From NCBI RefSeq assembly GCF_028368995.1, contig NZ_JAQNDL010000001.1, forward strand, positions 3,968,001-4,032,000: a DNA stretch of 64,000 nucleotides. The letters run 5' to 3'. Positions 40,857-50,460 of this stretch are shown piece after piece (within the stretch, counting starts at the first letter, position 1; each line of letters opens with the position of its first letter). The notes under the pieces are model-generated. The model did not search any database. It saw nothing but the letters and a program-made list of their open reading frames with translations, and was not told the DNA's origin. The DNA is from Nannocystis bainbridge (GTDB lineage: Bacteria > Myxococcota_A > Polyangia > Nannocystales > Nannocystaceae). The position numbers and the translations under genes are program-made.

Positions 40857-41939
40857 GTGACCCACTTTTTCTTCTGCGTCTGCCAGCTCGGCGCCGAGCC
40901 GGCCGTCAAGGTCGAGCTCGCCACGCTGCGCCCCGAGCTCCGCTTCGCCTACAGCCGGCCGGGCCTCGTCACCTTCAAGTCGCCCGGGCCGGTGGCCCCC
41001 GACGCCCCGCTGCCGGCCGTGTTCGTGCGCGCCTTCGGGGCCTCGCTCGGCCCGGCCGACAGCCCCGAGCAGGTGTTCACAATGCTCTCCGGGACATGTC
41101 CCGAAGGCCAGCCAATTCGCCTGCACGTGTGGGAGCGCGACGTCACCCGCCCCGGCGAGGAGCCGCCCGGCTTCCGCTACGGCCCGCGCGCCGCCGAGGT
41201 CCGCGCCGCGCTGACGGCCGCCTGGCCCGCGCAGCGCCATCCGCTGCTCGCGGGCGAGGTCGCCGAGCCTGGCGATCGCGTGCTCGACGTCATCGTCGCC
41301 GAGGGCGAGCCGTGGTGGATCGGCCATCACGTCCACGGCCCCGGCCACTCCCCGTTGCCCGGCGGGCGGATCGCCGTCGACATGCCGCCCGAGGCCCCGT
41401 CGCGCGCCTATCGCAAGCTCGAGGAGGCGCTGATCTGGTCCGGCGCCCCGGTGCGCGCCGGCGACGTCGCGGTCGAGATCGGCAGCGCCCCCGGCGGCGC
41501 CAGTTATGCCCTGCTGCGCCGCGGCGTCACCGTCTACGGCATCGACCCGGCGCTGATGGACCCGGTCGTGCTCGATTACCGCGGCGAAAGTCCGGCCGAC
41601 AATCGCTTCATTCACTTGCACCGCCCGATGAGCCTGGTCCAGCGCGCCGACCTCCCGGCCGCGCTGCACTGGGTGCTGATGGACGTGAACCTCGCCCCGC
41701 AGGTCGCCCTCATCACCGCCCGCCGCCTCGCCGCCCGGCCTCGCCACGCGCTTCACGGTGTTCTCCTCACTCTCAAGCTCGACGACTGGCGCGCCGTCCG
41801 GCACGTGCCCCGCCTGCTCGCCTCGATCAGCGCCATGGGCATGGAAGAGGTCAAGGCCACGCAGCTGCCCAGCAATCGCATGGAGCTGTTCGTCTGCGGC
41901 CTGACCCGCGCCGGCCTCCAGCGCCTCACCGGCCACTGA
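40857..41939 (+). CDS. RlmM/FtsJ-like rRNA 2'-O-methyltransferase
   Basis: APSRAYRKLEEA, EIGSAPGG, IDPA and TLKL. Confidence 0.82.
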   Translation: MTHFFFCVCQLGAEPAVKVELATLRPELRFAYSRPGLVTFKSPGPVAPDAPLPAVFVRAFGASLGPADSPEQVFTMLSGTCPEGQPIRLHVWERDVTRPGEEPPGFRYGPRAAEVRAALTAAWPAQRHPLLAGEVAEPGDRVLDVIVAEGEPWWIGHHVHGPGHSPLPGGRIAVDMPPEAPSRAYRKLEEALIWSGAPVRAGDVAVEIGSAPGGASYALLRRGVTVYGIDPALMDPVVLDYRGESPADNRFIHLHRPMSLVQRADLPAALHWVLMDVNLAPQVALITARRLAARPRHALHGVLLTLKLDDWRAVRHVPRLLASISAMGMEEVKATQLPSNRMELFVCGLTRAGLQRLTGH

Positions 41940-41981
41940 CTTCGTCGCTTCGTCGGCGCGGGTGTGGTGTATTTTCCGCGC

Positions 41982-43127
41982 ATGCGCAGCCACGTTCGTC
42001 ACCTCGTCGTCGCCCTCGCGCTCGCGGGCGGCGCCGGTTGTACGGCCTCCGCCTCGTTGAACGTATCGACCCCGCCGACCCGCGGCTCGGCCGAGCCGTC
42101 GATCGCCCGCGCCTCGGTGACGATCGTGCGCCACGGCGACAAGCTCGACTACGAGAACGGCGAGATCGAGTTCGAGACCGGCTCGGCCGCGCTGGTGGGC
42201 GGCGGCACCGACGACATCCTCGACCGCTACGCCGCCGTCCTCAAGCAGTACCCCGAGCTGAAGATCCGGGTCGAGGGTCACACCGACAGCCGCGGCAGCA
42301 CCAAGTCCAACCAGGAGCTGTCGGATCTGCGCGCCAAGTCGATCCGCAACGCGCTGATCCGCCGCGGCGTCGCCAGCGAGCGCCTCGACGCCCGCGGCTT
42401 CGGCGAGAGCCAGCCCGAGCGCGTCGAGCCTGCCGGCTGTCGCAACCGCTCGGAGGACACCGTCGCCGACGACAAGCTCGCCGAGTGCAAGGAGATCTGG
42501 ACCGCCAACCGCCGCGCCGGCTTCATCGTCACCGAGGGCGGGGGCAGCTTGCCCGCCGACGGCACGGTCGCCGACGCGCCCGAGCCCGCACCTGTCCCTT
42601 CGGGCAGCCCCGGCAAGAAGCACCCCGACTGGGCCCTGCGCATGTTCGGCGGCTACTCGCTGAGGTACCCGGGCGACGGCTTCCACGGCGGCCACTTCGG
42701 CATCGGCGTGCACGCCTCGCAGCGGTTCGGCGCGCGCCAGCGCGGCTACATCGGCGGCGGCCCGCGCCTGCACTACCGCGGCGTCCGTGGCCGCGAGACC
42801 GGCCTCGCCGGCTACGACTTCGCCACCCACTACATCGGCCCCGAGGGCAACCTCCTGGTCGGCGGCGGCAACGACCGCATCGTCGGCCTGTTCTCGTTCC
42901 GCCTCGGCCTCGGCGTCGGCATCACCCACGGCTCGGCCAGCGGCGTCGGCTTCGCCGGCTGGATGCTCGGCGGCCCGATGGTGCTCGGCAAGATCAACGA
43001 GCGCTGGAGCCTCGGCGGTCACGCCGAGTTCGGCATGATCGGGGGCATCGGCGCGGTCGCGTTCGCCACCGAGATCGGCCTCAACGTCGCCTGGCACTTC
43101 GGCCGTGGCCGCCGCAAGGGCCTCTGA
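41982..43127 (+). CDS. OmpA-family protein (N-terminal peptidoglycan-binding domain, C-terminal beta-barrel-like)
   Basis: IEFETGSA, VEGHTD, NQELSDLRA, GFGESQP and NRR, followed by Gly/aromatic strands. Confidence 0.85.
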   Translation: MRSHVRHLVVALALAGGAGCTASASLNVSTPPTRGSAEPSIARASVTIVRHGDKLDYENGEIEFETGSAALVGGGTDDILDRYAAVLKQYPELKIRVEGHTDSRGSTKSNQELSDLRAKSIRNALIRRGVASERLDARGFGESQPERVEPAGCRNRSEDTVADDKLAECKEIWTANRRAGFIVTEGGGSLPADGTVADAPEPAPVPSGSPGKKHPDWALRMFGGYSLRYPGDGFHGGHFGIGVHASQRFGARQRGYIGGGPRLHYRGVRGRETGLAGYDFATHYIGPEGNLLVGGGNDRIVGLFSFRLGLGVGITHGSASGVGFAGWMLGGPMVLGKINERWSLGGHAEFGMIGGIGAVAFATEIGLNVAWHFGRGRRKGL

Positions 43128-43204
43128 CGGCCTGTTTCATGCGACGCGTGCGGACGCCGAAGCGCTTGAACCATCCGGCTGCATCGACCGATACTCCCCC
43201 GCGC

Positions 43205-43846
43205 ATGGCCACCCACGTCTGCGTGAAATTGCTCCTCCTGCTCTCGCTCGCCGCCGTCGCGTGTGACGACAAGGGCTCGTCGGGCGCCCCGAGCCCGGGC
43301 GACAAGGCGGCCGTCTCGCCGCGCCGGGCCCTCTTCAACAAGGCTGCGGCGGCCTTCCCCGCCGGGGACCTCGCCGCCTGCACGACGCCGGTCGAGAAGC
43401 CGCTTCGGCTGGTGCTCCGCGGCCAGGGCGGTTCAGGCATCCCCCAGACGTGCGGTTCGACCGGGTTCGGCGAGGAAGAGGCGTGGTCCAACTACCGCGA
43501 CGGCGCGGGCGACTGGCAGGAGAAGAAGATCGAGGAGACGACCAAACTCGTGCTCTTCCAGCTGAAGAGCGAGAAGCTCCCGCAGGCGGCCGGCACCGTG
43601 CTGGTCCCGGGCGTCGTCGAGGGTCGGGCCGTCGTGTTCGACGACGAGGGCGCTCCGACCTGTCAGGTCGCCATCCGCGCCGAGGGCCCGTCGCAAGCCT
43701 GGACGGACCGGTCGAACGACAACAAGGACGCGAACCGGGGCCTCTGCAGCGAGCTCTCGCAGGCGGTCACGAAGGCCCTCGCGACCCCCGGGGCCGCACC
43801 GCCAGCGCCCGCCGACGGCTCCGCTCCTGCACCCGCCGCGAAGTGA
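43205..43846 (+). CDS. hypothetical lipoprotein
   Basis: Lipobox AVAC and GC-rich third positions in this frame. Confidence 0.7.
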   Translation: MATHVCVKLLLLLSLAAVACDDKGSSGAPSPGDKAAVSPRRALFNKAAAAFPAGDLAACTTPVEKPLRLVLRGQGGSGIPQTCGSTGFGEEEAWSNYRDGAGDWQEKKIEETTKLVLFQLKSEKLPQAAGTVLVPGVVEGRAVVFDDEGAPTCQVAIRAEGPSQAWTDRSNDNKDANRGLCSELSQAVTKALATPGAAPPAPADGSAPAPAAK

Positions 43847-43903
43847 CGCGACCGACGTCGCGCGCCGCATTTGCCCCGCCACTCGAGGCGGGCCGCGGGC
43901 GAT

Positions 43904-44872
43904 CTACCGCGGCGTCACCACGAGCGACGCCACCAGCGACCTCGCCGTCGCGTCGGTCACCGGCGCCGCGAGGCTCACCGCGCGCTCGGCGGGGAGCGCC
44001 AGCGGCGTGGTCGGCACGCCGTCGAGCATCGCCTCGACGATCGCGCTGACGGCCAGCCCGAGCACGATCCTGCCCTCCGTCGGCGCCAGCTCGATGGCGC
44101 TCGACGGCTCGGCCGGAAGCAGCGACCGGAGCACCAGCGGTTCGGCGAGCCTCGCCTGCTCCGACGTCTCCGGGGTCGTCAGCGCGACCGCGCCGAAGTC
44201 CCCCGCATCGACCACGATCTGCTTCGATACCGCCAGGCTCCACCGCTCGAGCGCGACGGCGGCCGCGATCGTCGCGTGACCGAAGAACCGGACCACCCGG
44301 CTCGCCGACGCCAGCCCCGCGGCCTCCAGCGCCTCCGCGGTCGCCGTCGCCCGCTGCGCGTCGTCGAGCTCGCCCCATTTCTGAGTCGAGAGCAGCGGCC
44401 GCTGCAGGTCGACCTCATGCAATCGCCGGAGGAGGTCCACCCCGTCGTGGATGTCCCCGAGAATCTCCGCGGCCGCGGGCAGACCGGCCTGAGCCGGCCC
44501 ATCCGCCACGAGGGCCTGCCACAGCGCCTCGAACCGCGCGTGCGCGGCCGCGAGGAGCCGCTGCCGCGCCAGCGCGCTCATCGTGTGCGTCGTCCGCACC
44601 AGCACGGTCGCCAGCAACCTCCGCCACACCTGCGCGAACTGGGTTGCGGCGCTCGCGTGCGCGGGCGGGGCCTCGGCCTCGAGGGCCTGCAGGCGGTGCA
44701 GATAGGCCTGCCCCGTCTTCCGCCCCTGATAGATGGTCGCGAGCAGCAGCTCGCGCGCGCTTCGGTCCCGGATGGACGCCGTGCGGACGGCCCACAGCTC
44801 GTGATTCGTCACGCCCCATACGATGGCGCTCAACTCCTCCGCGCTCGGATCGTCCTTGATGAGGCTCGGCAA
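43904..44872 (-). CDS. hypothetical protein
   Basis: Helical Ala/Leu-rich ORF with no recognised motif. TTG start is uncertain. Confidence 0.55.
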   Translation of the reverse strand: MPSLIKDDPSAEELSAIVWGVTNHELWAVRTASIRDRSARELLLATIYQGRKTGQAYLHRLQALEAEAPPAHASAATQFAQVWRRLLATVLVRTTHTMSALARQRLLAAAHARFEALWQALVADGPAQAGLPAAAEILGDIHDGVDLLRRLHEVDLQRPLLSTQKWGELDDAQRATATAEALEAAGLASASRVVRFFGHATIAAAVALERWSLAVSKQIVVDAGDFGAVALTTPETSEQARLAEPLVLRSLLPAEPSSAIELAPTEGRIVLGLAVSAIVEAMLDGVPTTPLALPAERAVSLAAPVTDATARSLVASLVVTPR

Positions 44873-45197
44873 TAGGCCCCTCCGACGCCGACGCTCGAAT
44901 GTCCACAGTCGAGCCGCCCACGTCCAAAAAAAATGTCGGCCCGCAAGCTATCACCAAGCCGCGAGCGAATGCGCCTATTTCGCGCCGCCGGCCGTGAGCT
45001 TCATCCGCGAACTGCAGGCGCTTGTTTCCGCGAATGTGGGCAGTCGGCGAGCGCCCTATCGGGCGCTGCCCCTCACCCCAATGGGCGCTGCGGCCGCGGG
45101 CGCGCAATCGCCAGAGGCCGGGGCGAGACCCGCGCCTGGCGATGGTATCCCCCGGACCGACGTGGAGCACGCACGAGACCGCGCCCTACTGACGCCG

Positions 45198-46091
45198 TCA
45201 TCGCTCCGGGAGGACCTGCAGCTCGAGCAGGATCTGCCGCAACACCTCGACCCGCCCCGGCTCAAGCGGACGCAGCGGCGCGCGCAGCGGCCCGACGCGC
45301 GTGCCCATCAGCTCCAGCGCCGCCGCGATCGTGCGCGGCAGCCCGTGCGCGACGATGAACTGCAGGAACGGCAGCTGCCGGTAAAACGATCGCCGCGCCG
45401 CCTCGAGGTCCCCGCGCGCGACCGCCTCCCACAGCTCGACGTTCAGCCGCGGGATCACGTGCGGCGCGGCGGTGCACCAGCCGCGCGCCCCGGCTACCAG
45501 CGCCGCCAGCGCCAGCGGATTGCTGCCGTTGTAAAACGCGACTTGCTCGCCGCACAGTTGCACGAGGCGGTGCATGCGATGCACGTCGCCGGTGCTCTCC
45601 TTGACCATCGTGACGTTGTCGATCTGCAGCAGCCGCGCGAGCGTCTCGGGCCCGAGGTCGAGGCCGCCGGTCGCGGGGTTGTTGTAGACGGCGATCGGGA
45701 TCGAGATCGCCCGCGCGACGGCCTCGAAGTGGCCGACGATCTCGTCGTCGGTGAGCTTCCAGTAGCTCAGCGGGATGACCATCACCGCGCTGGCCCCGAC
45801 CTGCTCGGCGTGCCGCGCGTGGTGGACCGTGCGCTCGGTCGTCAGGCTCGAGACGCCGACCAGCGTCGGCACCCGCCCGGCGGCCCGCTTCACCACCGTC
45901 TCGGCGACCGCCTCGCGCTCGTCGTCCGTCAGATACGGCAGCACCCCGGTGCTGCCGAGCGGCGCCAGCGCGTGCACCCCCGCGGCCAGCATGTCGTCGA
46001 CGATGCGCGTCAGCAGCCGCTCGTCGACCCGCCCCGAGTCCGTGAACGGCGTGATCGGGTACGCGACGATCCCCCGCAGCGGCGCGCTCAT
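45198..46091 (-). CDS. DapA/DHDPS-family aldolase
   Basis: ITPF, GSTG, YNNP and Schiff-base KES. Confidence 0.9.
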   Translation of the reverse strand: MSAPLRGIVAYPITPFTDSGRVDERLLTRIVDDMLAAGVHALAPLGSTGVLPYLTDDEREAVAETVVKRAAGRVPTLVGVSSLTTERTVHHARHAEQVGASAVMVIPLSYWKLTDDEIVGHFEAVARAISIPIAVYNNPATGGLDLGPETLARLLQIDNVTMVKESTGDVHRMHRLVQLCGEQVAFYNGSNPLALAALVAGARGWCTAAPHVIPRLNVELWEAVARGDLEAARRSFYRQLPFLQFIVAHGLPRTIAAALELMGTRVGPLRAPLRPLEPGRVEVLRQILLELQVLPER

Positions 46092-46585
46092 CGGCCCCCC
46101 CCTTCGGCCTCGTGATCGACGTCGAACAGCCGGTCGCCGCGATCGGGCACCTCCTCGCGCAGCGCCACGCCGCCCATGTTCTGCAGCATCGGCGCGTTCT
46201 CGCAGGCGAGGTAGCGCGCGCGGCCCGTGCCCGTGTTGACGTGGTTGTGCCAGGCCCACACCGGCACGTACACCGCGTCGCCCTGCTTCCACGCCACGCG
46301 CCGGCCGCCGATGTACGAGTAGCCCTCGCCCTCGAGGATGTAGACCAGCGTCTCGTAGGTGTGGCGGTGGCGGTTGGACGATTGGCCCGCGTCGAGCCAG
46401 CCGATCGTCATGCTGATCGCGTGCGACGGCAGGTCGACGAAGAACACCGGGTGCTTCCTCGCCTTCGAGTAGTCGCTCTGCTGCCCGTCGGCCTCGACCG
46501 CGGGGTGGGCCAGCCGCTCGGGCATCACGACCCGCGGCCGCGGGGGTGTCTTGTCGAAGTCCGCCGAGTGATATCTGTCGGTCAT
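46088..46585 (-). CDS. Cupin domain protein
   Basis: HRHTYE..ILEGEG and GDAVYVP.WAWHNH. ATGA overlap with the next gene. Confidence 0.88.
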   Translation of the reverse strand: MTDRYHSADFDKTPPRPRVVMPERLAHPAVEADGQQSDYSKARKHPVFFVDLPSHAISMTIGWLDAGQSSNRHRHTYETLVYILEGEGYSYIGGRRVAWKQGDAVYVPVWAWHNHVNTGTGRARYLACENAPMLQNMGGVALREEVPDRGDRLFDVDHEAEGGGR

Positions 46586-46623
46586 GTCTCTGCTCCTTGC
46601 GTCTCCACAGAGGTAGCGCGACA

Positions 46624-46668
46624 CTGGACCCGTGACAGGAGCCAGAACCGACATACCCACGGGTCCAG
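46624..46668. promoter_or_regulatory. 11-bp inverted repeat, candidate MocR operator
   Basis: CTGGACCCGTG (46624-34) and CACGGGTCCAG (46658-68) at the junction of the divergent cupin and MocR genes. Confidence 0.55.
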
Positions 46669-48131
46669 ATCGCCGGCCGTGGCGCTTCGATCTGGTGCTC
46701 GACAATTCCGCCGCGGTGCCGCGCCAGACCCAGCTGGCGCGCGCGCTGGTGGCGGAGATCCAGCGCGGCCGCCTGGCGCCCGGGTCGTTCCTGCCGGGCA
46801 GCCGCACGCTGGCGGCGCAGGTCGGCGTCAACCGCAAGGTGGTGGTCGCGGCGACCGACGAGCTGGTGGCGCAGGGCTGGCTCGAGGCCCTGCCGGCGCG
46901 GGGCATCCGCGTGGCGCTGGACCTGCCGACGTCGCCCGTCGGCGACGCCCAGGCGCGACGCTCACGAGCCCCTCGGCCGACCCCACGGCCGGCCGTGCAC
47001 ATGCGGATCGGCGACGGCGTCCCGGACGCGCGCATCGCCCCGGTCGACGCCCTGGCTCGCGCGCAGCGGCGGGCGCTCCGCTCGCTGGCCCGCAGCGCCG
47101 GGCTCGGCTACGGCGACCCCGCCGGCGACCCGGTGCTGCGCGACGTCCTCGCAACATTCGTCAACCAGGCCCGCGGCCTCGCCTGCACGCGCGACGAGCT
47201 GGTGCTCACCCGCGGCAGCCAGGGCGCCCTCGCCCTGTTCGCGCTCGCGGTCCTGCGACCGGGCGACGTCGTCGCCGTCGAGCACCCCGGCTACGCCCCG
47301 GCCTGGCGGGCCTTCGAGCTCGCCGGCGCGTCGGTGCTGCACATCGGCGTCGACCAGGACGGCCTGCGCACCGACCTGCTCGAGGCCGCGGCGAAGCGGC
47401 TGCGCGGGCGCCTGAAGGCGGTCTACGTCACCCCGCATCATCAATATCCGACCACCGTGACGCTGTCGCCGGAGCGGCGCATGCACCTGCGCCAGCTCTG
47501 CGACTCCTATGATTGTACCATCGTCGAGGACGACTACGATTACGAGTACCAATTCGACGGTGCCCCACGCCTGCCGCTGTCCGCCGCTTCGTTCGCCGGC
47601 CCGTCGTGCGTCTACGTCGCCTCGCTGTCCAAGCTGCTGGCCCCGGCGGTGCGGCTCGGCTACGTCATCGCCAGCAGGCCGATCGCCCAGCGCCTGCAAG
47701 CGACCCGCGAGTGCCTCGATCGCCAGGGCGACGTCGTGCTCGAGCGCGCCGTCGCCGAGCTCATCGAGGACGATGAGCTCCAGCGCCACGCCCGGCGCGC
47801 CCGCCAGCTCTACGTCCAACGCCGCGACCACCTGCTGCAGCGCTTCGCCGCCAGCCCGCTGCTGGCCGCCAACTTCGCCTGCGAGCCCCCGAGCGGCGGC
47901 CTCGCGCTGTGGGTCCGCCTGCACGGCGCGACCCGCCTCGACGACCTGGTCGCGCGCGCGCTGGTCCGTGGCCTCGCGCTCGCCCCCGGCGCGACCCACC
48001 TGGCTCACGGCTCCATCGAGGCGTTCCGCTTCGGCTTCGCCGCCCACACGCCCGAGGAGCTGACCGCGATCTGCGACACCCTCGAGGCGTGCGTCACCCG
48101 GCCGGCGCGACGCAGCAGCAAGCCGCGCTGA
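46632..48131 (+). CDS. MocR/GabR (GntR-aminotransferase) regulator
   Basis: LPGSRTLA, YVTPHHQYPT, VEDDYD and SLSK. Confidence 0.93.
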   Translation: MTGARTDIPTGPDRRPWRFDLVLDNSAAVPRQTQLARALVAEIQRGRLAPGSFLPGSRTLAAQVGVNRKVVVAATDELVAQGWLEALPARGIRVALDLPTSPVGDAQARRSRAPRPTPRPAVHMRIGDGVPDARIAPVDALARAQRRALRSLARSAGLGYGDPAGDPVLRDVLATFVNQARGLACTRDELVLTRGSQGALALFALAVLRPGDVVAVEHPGYAPAWRAFELAGASVLHIGVDQDGLRTDLLEAAAKRLRGRLKAVYVTPHHQYPTTVTLSPERRMHLRQLCDSYDCTIVEDDYDYEYQFDGAPRLPLSAASFAGPSCVYVASLSKLLAPAVRLGYVIASRPIAQRLQATRECLDRQGDVVLERAVAELIEDDELQRHARRARQLYVQRRDHLLQRFAASPLLAANFACEPPSGGLALWVRLHGATRLDDLVARALVRGLALAPGATHLAHGSIEAFRFGFAAHTPEELTAICDTLEACVTRPARRSSKPR

Positions 48132-48134
48132 AGT

Positions 48135-48962
48135 TCAAAGAGCCGCCGCCGCGGGCCCGAACAGCTTACAAAACGCCCGCAGCGCCGCGGCATGAAAGAT
48201 CGTGCTGTGCCGCTCCTCGGGCATCGGCTCGTGGTGCCAGCGCACGCCCGGCACGGCCGCCTGGCCCAGCGCCCCGACGATCGCCTGCACGCCCTCCTGC
48301 ATGTCGCGCTCGTCGGAGGTCGCCACGTACAGCGTGCGCGGCGGCTGCCCCGGCTGCTGCAGCCGCGCGGCCGCCTCCCGCGCCAGCGCTCCGCGGTCCC
48401 ACCACACGCTCGGATCGATCGCCACGTAGGTGTCGAACAGCGCCGGCTCGACAAAGAACGTCTCCATCACGAACAGCCCCGCCAGCGACTCGCCCACGAT
48501 CGCCGTCTCCCCGGTGATGCGATGGCGCTGCTGGATCTGCGGCATCAGCTCCTCGCGCAGGAACCTGCGGAACGCCGCCGACCCGCCGACCCGCGGCGCG
48601 ATCTTGCGGTCCTCCGGATCGCTCGTCGGCCCCGTCAGATCGCGGCGCCGCTCGGTGTTCTCGATCCCCACCACCAAAAACGGCCGCATCGTCCCGTTGC
48701 CCGTCAAGACCTGCACGATCCCCGTGATGTGGTGAAAATCCTCCTGCATCCCCCCGTCCGGCATGTAAAGCACCGGCAGCGGCGGCCCTTCGGGCCCGTG
48801 CCCCGGCGGCGTGTAGATGTTGATCCGCCGCGTCTCTCCCAGCACCTGCGAATCGATCGTGATCGACCGCCCGATCACCAGCTCGCCCGGCGCCGCCGCC
48901 TCGTCCGTCCGCCCCGCCGCGCACCCAGACAGCAGCAGAATCAGCGCAATCACCCGCCTCAT
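48135..48962 (-). CDS. Alpha/beta hydrolase (IroE-like) lipoprotein
   Basis: LSGC lipobox, VLYMPDG, RRRDLT and GESLAG. Confidence 0.87.
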   Translation of the reverse strand: MRRVIALILLLSGCAAGRTDEAAAPGELVIGRSITIDSQVLGETRRINIYTPPGHGPEGPPLPVLYMPDGGMQEDFHHITGIVQVLTGNGTMRPFLVVGIENTERRRDLTGPTSDPEDRKIAPRVGGSAAFRRFLREELMPQIQQRHRITGETAIVGESLAGLFVMETFFVEPALFDTYVAIDPSVWWDRGALAREAAARLQQPGQPPRTLYVATSDERDMQEGVQAIVGALGQAAVPGVRWHHEPMPEERHSTIFHAAALRAFCKLFGPAAAAL

Positions 48963-49109
48963 CCAGGCCGGGGGCGAGCGGCGAGCCGGACACGCGAGCA
49001 CGCGCGCACGCTACCACCCCCTCGCGGCCTCATCCACCCCCAGCGACGTCGCGCGGGGACGACAGCCTGTCGACCCCGCGCGAACCTCCTCTGTTGCGTC
49101 AGAGCGGCT

Positions 49110-49490
49110 TCAGATCCCGTCATCGTCGACGAAGTCGTACACCGCGCATTCGTCGTCGCACTGGACCGTGCAGGTTTGATCGGTCCCGCCCAGCACGGTC
49201 AGGATGTCGGAGATCTCGGTGGTCGGCACGTTGCAGCGGCTCGCGCAGACCTCGCGGGGTTGGTTCTCGTTGGCGCAGTTGAGCACGCAGATGCAGTCCG
49301 GGTCGTTTTGGCACGACGAGTACGCGCCGCAACAGCCGGTCTTGATGCACACGTCACAATCGGTGTCGTCGGCGTCCACGGCACAGACCGCCACTGCGTC
49401 GTCGTCGTCGTCCTCCGCGAGCGCACAGCCCAGCACCAGCGCCCCCATCATCAGGCCCGCGTGAAAGCGTCGCTTGTATTGAAAGAACAT
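49110..49490 (-). CDS. Small acidic Cys-rich exported protein
   Basis: AGGAG RBS, VLGC lipobox-like motif and numerous Cys. Confidence 0.65.
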   Translation of the reverse strand: MFFQYKRRFHAGLMMGALVLGCALAEDDDDDAVAVCAVDADDTDCDVCIKTGCCGAYSSCQNDPDCICVLNCANENQPREVCASRCNVPTTEISDILTVLGGTDQTCTVQCDDECAVYDFVDDDGI

Positions 49491-49883
49491 CACTCGCACT
49501 CCTTCTCGTCTGCTGCGAGGGCGGCGCGGCGCCCTCGGGAATGTCACGAGTCTGGGCACGACCCGAATCACGCGCCGCCGCGCTCGGGTCTCGCGGATCA
49601 GGCTCAGGCCGCCGCGGACGCGTCGTGCTCCGGCTCCGGCGGCCCCGCGGCCCCGATTGTGCTCACCGTCACAGTATAGACATTCGCCGCGGGCGGCCCG
49701 CAAGAGCCCGTCACTCTATCCAATCATCGCGTCCCCCGCCTGGCCCGCACGAGCGCTGCGACCTGCACGGGCCGCTGCTGTGCGCCCCTACCCGCCGCCG
49801 TCCGTCGACAGCCGGGCTCTTGCGGGCGAGCGGCAGTCCCATGATTGTGCCGTCCGCCCGTCACGACCTGTCCCTGCGGACAG

Positions 49884-50417
49884 CTAGATCGCCTTGCTCA
49901 TCGGCACGAACGTGATCGTCAGCCCGTCGCGCAGCGGCACCTCCAGCGGCGCCGTCCCCTCGTAGCCCAGCGCCGCGTACAGCCGCACCCCTGGCAGCGT
50001 CGCCATCAGCTCCACCCGATGGAAGCCGGCGGCGCGGGCTTCATCCTCGCAGCGGGTCAGGATCGCGCGCCCGAGCCCACGGCGGGCCCACCCCGGATCG
50101 ACAAAGAATGCCCGGATCCTCGCCGCCTCGCGCTTCGGGTCGAGGCGCTCCGCCTCGCGCCCCGGCTGGTCGTCGCCGCCGAACAGCGTGCGGCGGAAGC
50201 TCCAGCCACCGCACGCCACCGGCGCGCCCTCGGCCTCGGCGACGAAGTACGTCCTGTCCGCGATCAGCTGCGTGTCGACCCCGAACGCCGAGCCCAGCGC
50301 CGCCTCGATCTGCGCCGGCGAGTAGTCCTCGCGTTGCAGCCCGCGCGCCGATGCGGCGATCAGCTCGCGCAGCGCCGGGATGTCGTCGAGGGTGGCGAGG
50401 CGGAGCGTCGGGCTCAT
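49884..50417 (-). CDS. GNAT acetyltransferase
   Basis: FFVDPGWARRGLG and ATLPGVRLY..LGY. Confidence 0.9.
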   Translation of the reverse strand: MSPTLRLATLDDIPALRELIAASARGLQREDYSPAQIEAALGSAFGVDTQLIADRTYFVAEAEGAPVACGGWSFRRTLFGGDDQPGREAERLDPKREAARIRAFFVDPGWARRGLGRAILTRCEDEARAAGFHRVELMATLPGVRLYAALGYEGTAPLEVPLRDGLTITFVPMSKAI

Positions 50418-50460
50418 GGGCCCGATCTTGCTTCAACGCCCGCGCGTCTGCACAACGATT

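Noticed and set aside
49660-49730. Possible cobalamin riboswitch-like segment
   Set aside because: The conserved B12-box elements are absent and there is no relevant downstream gene.
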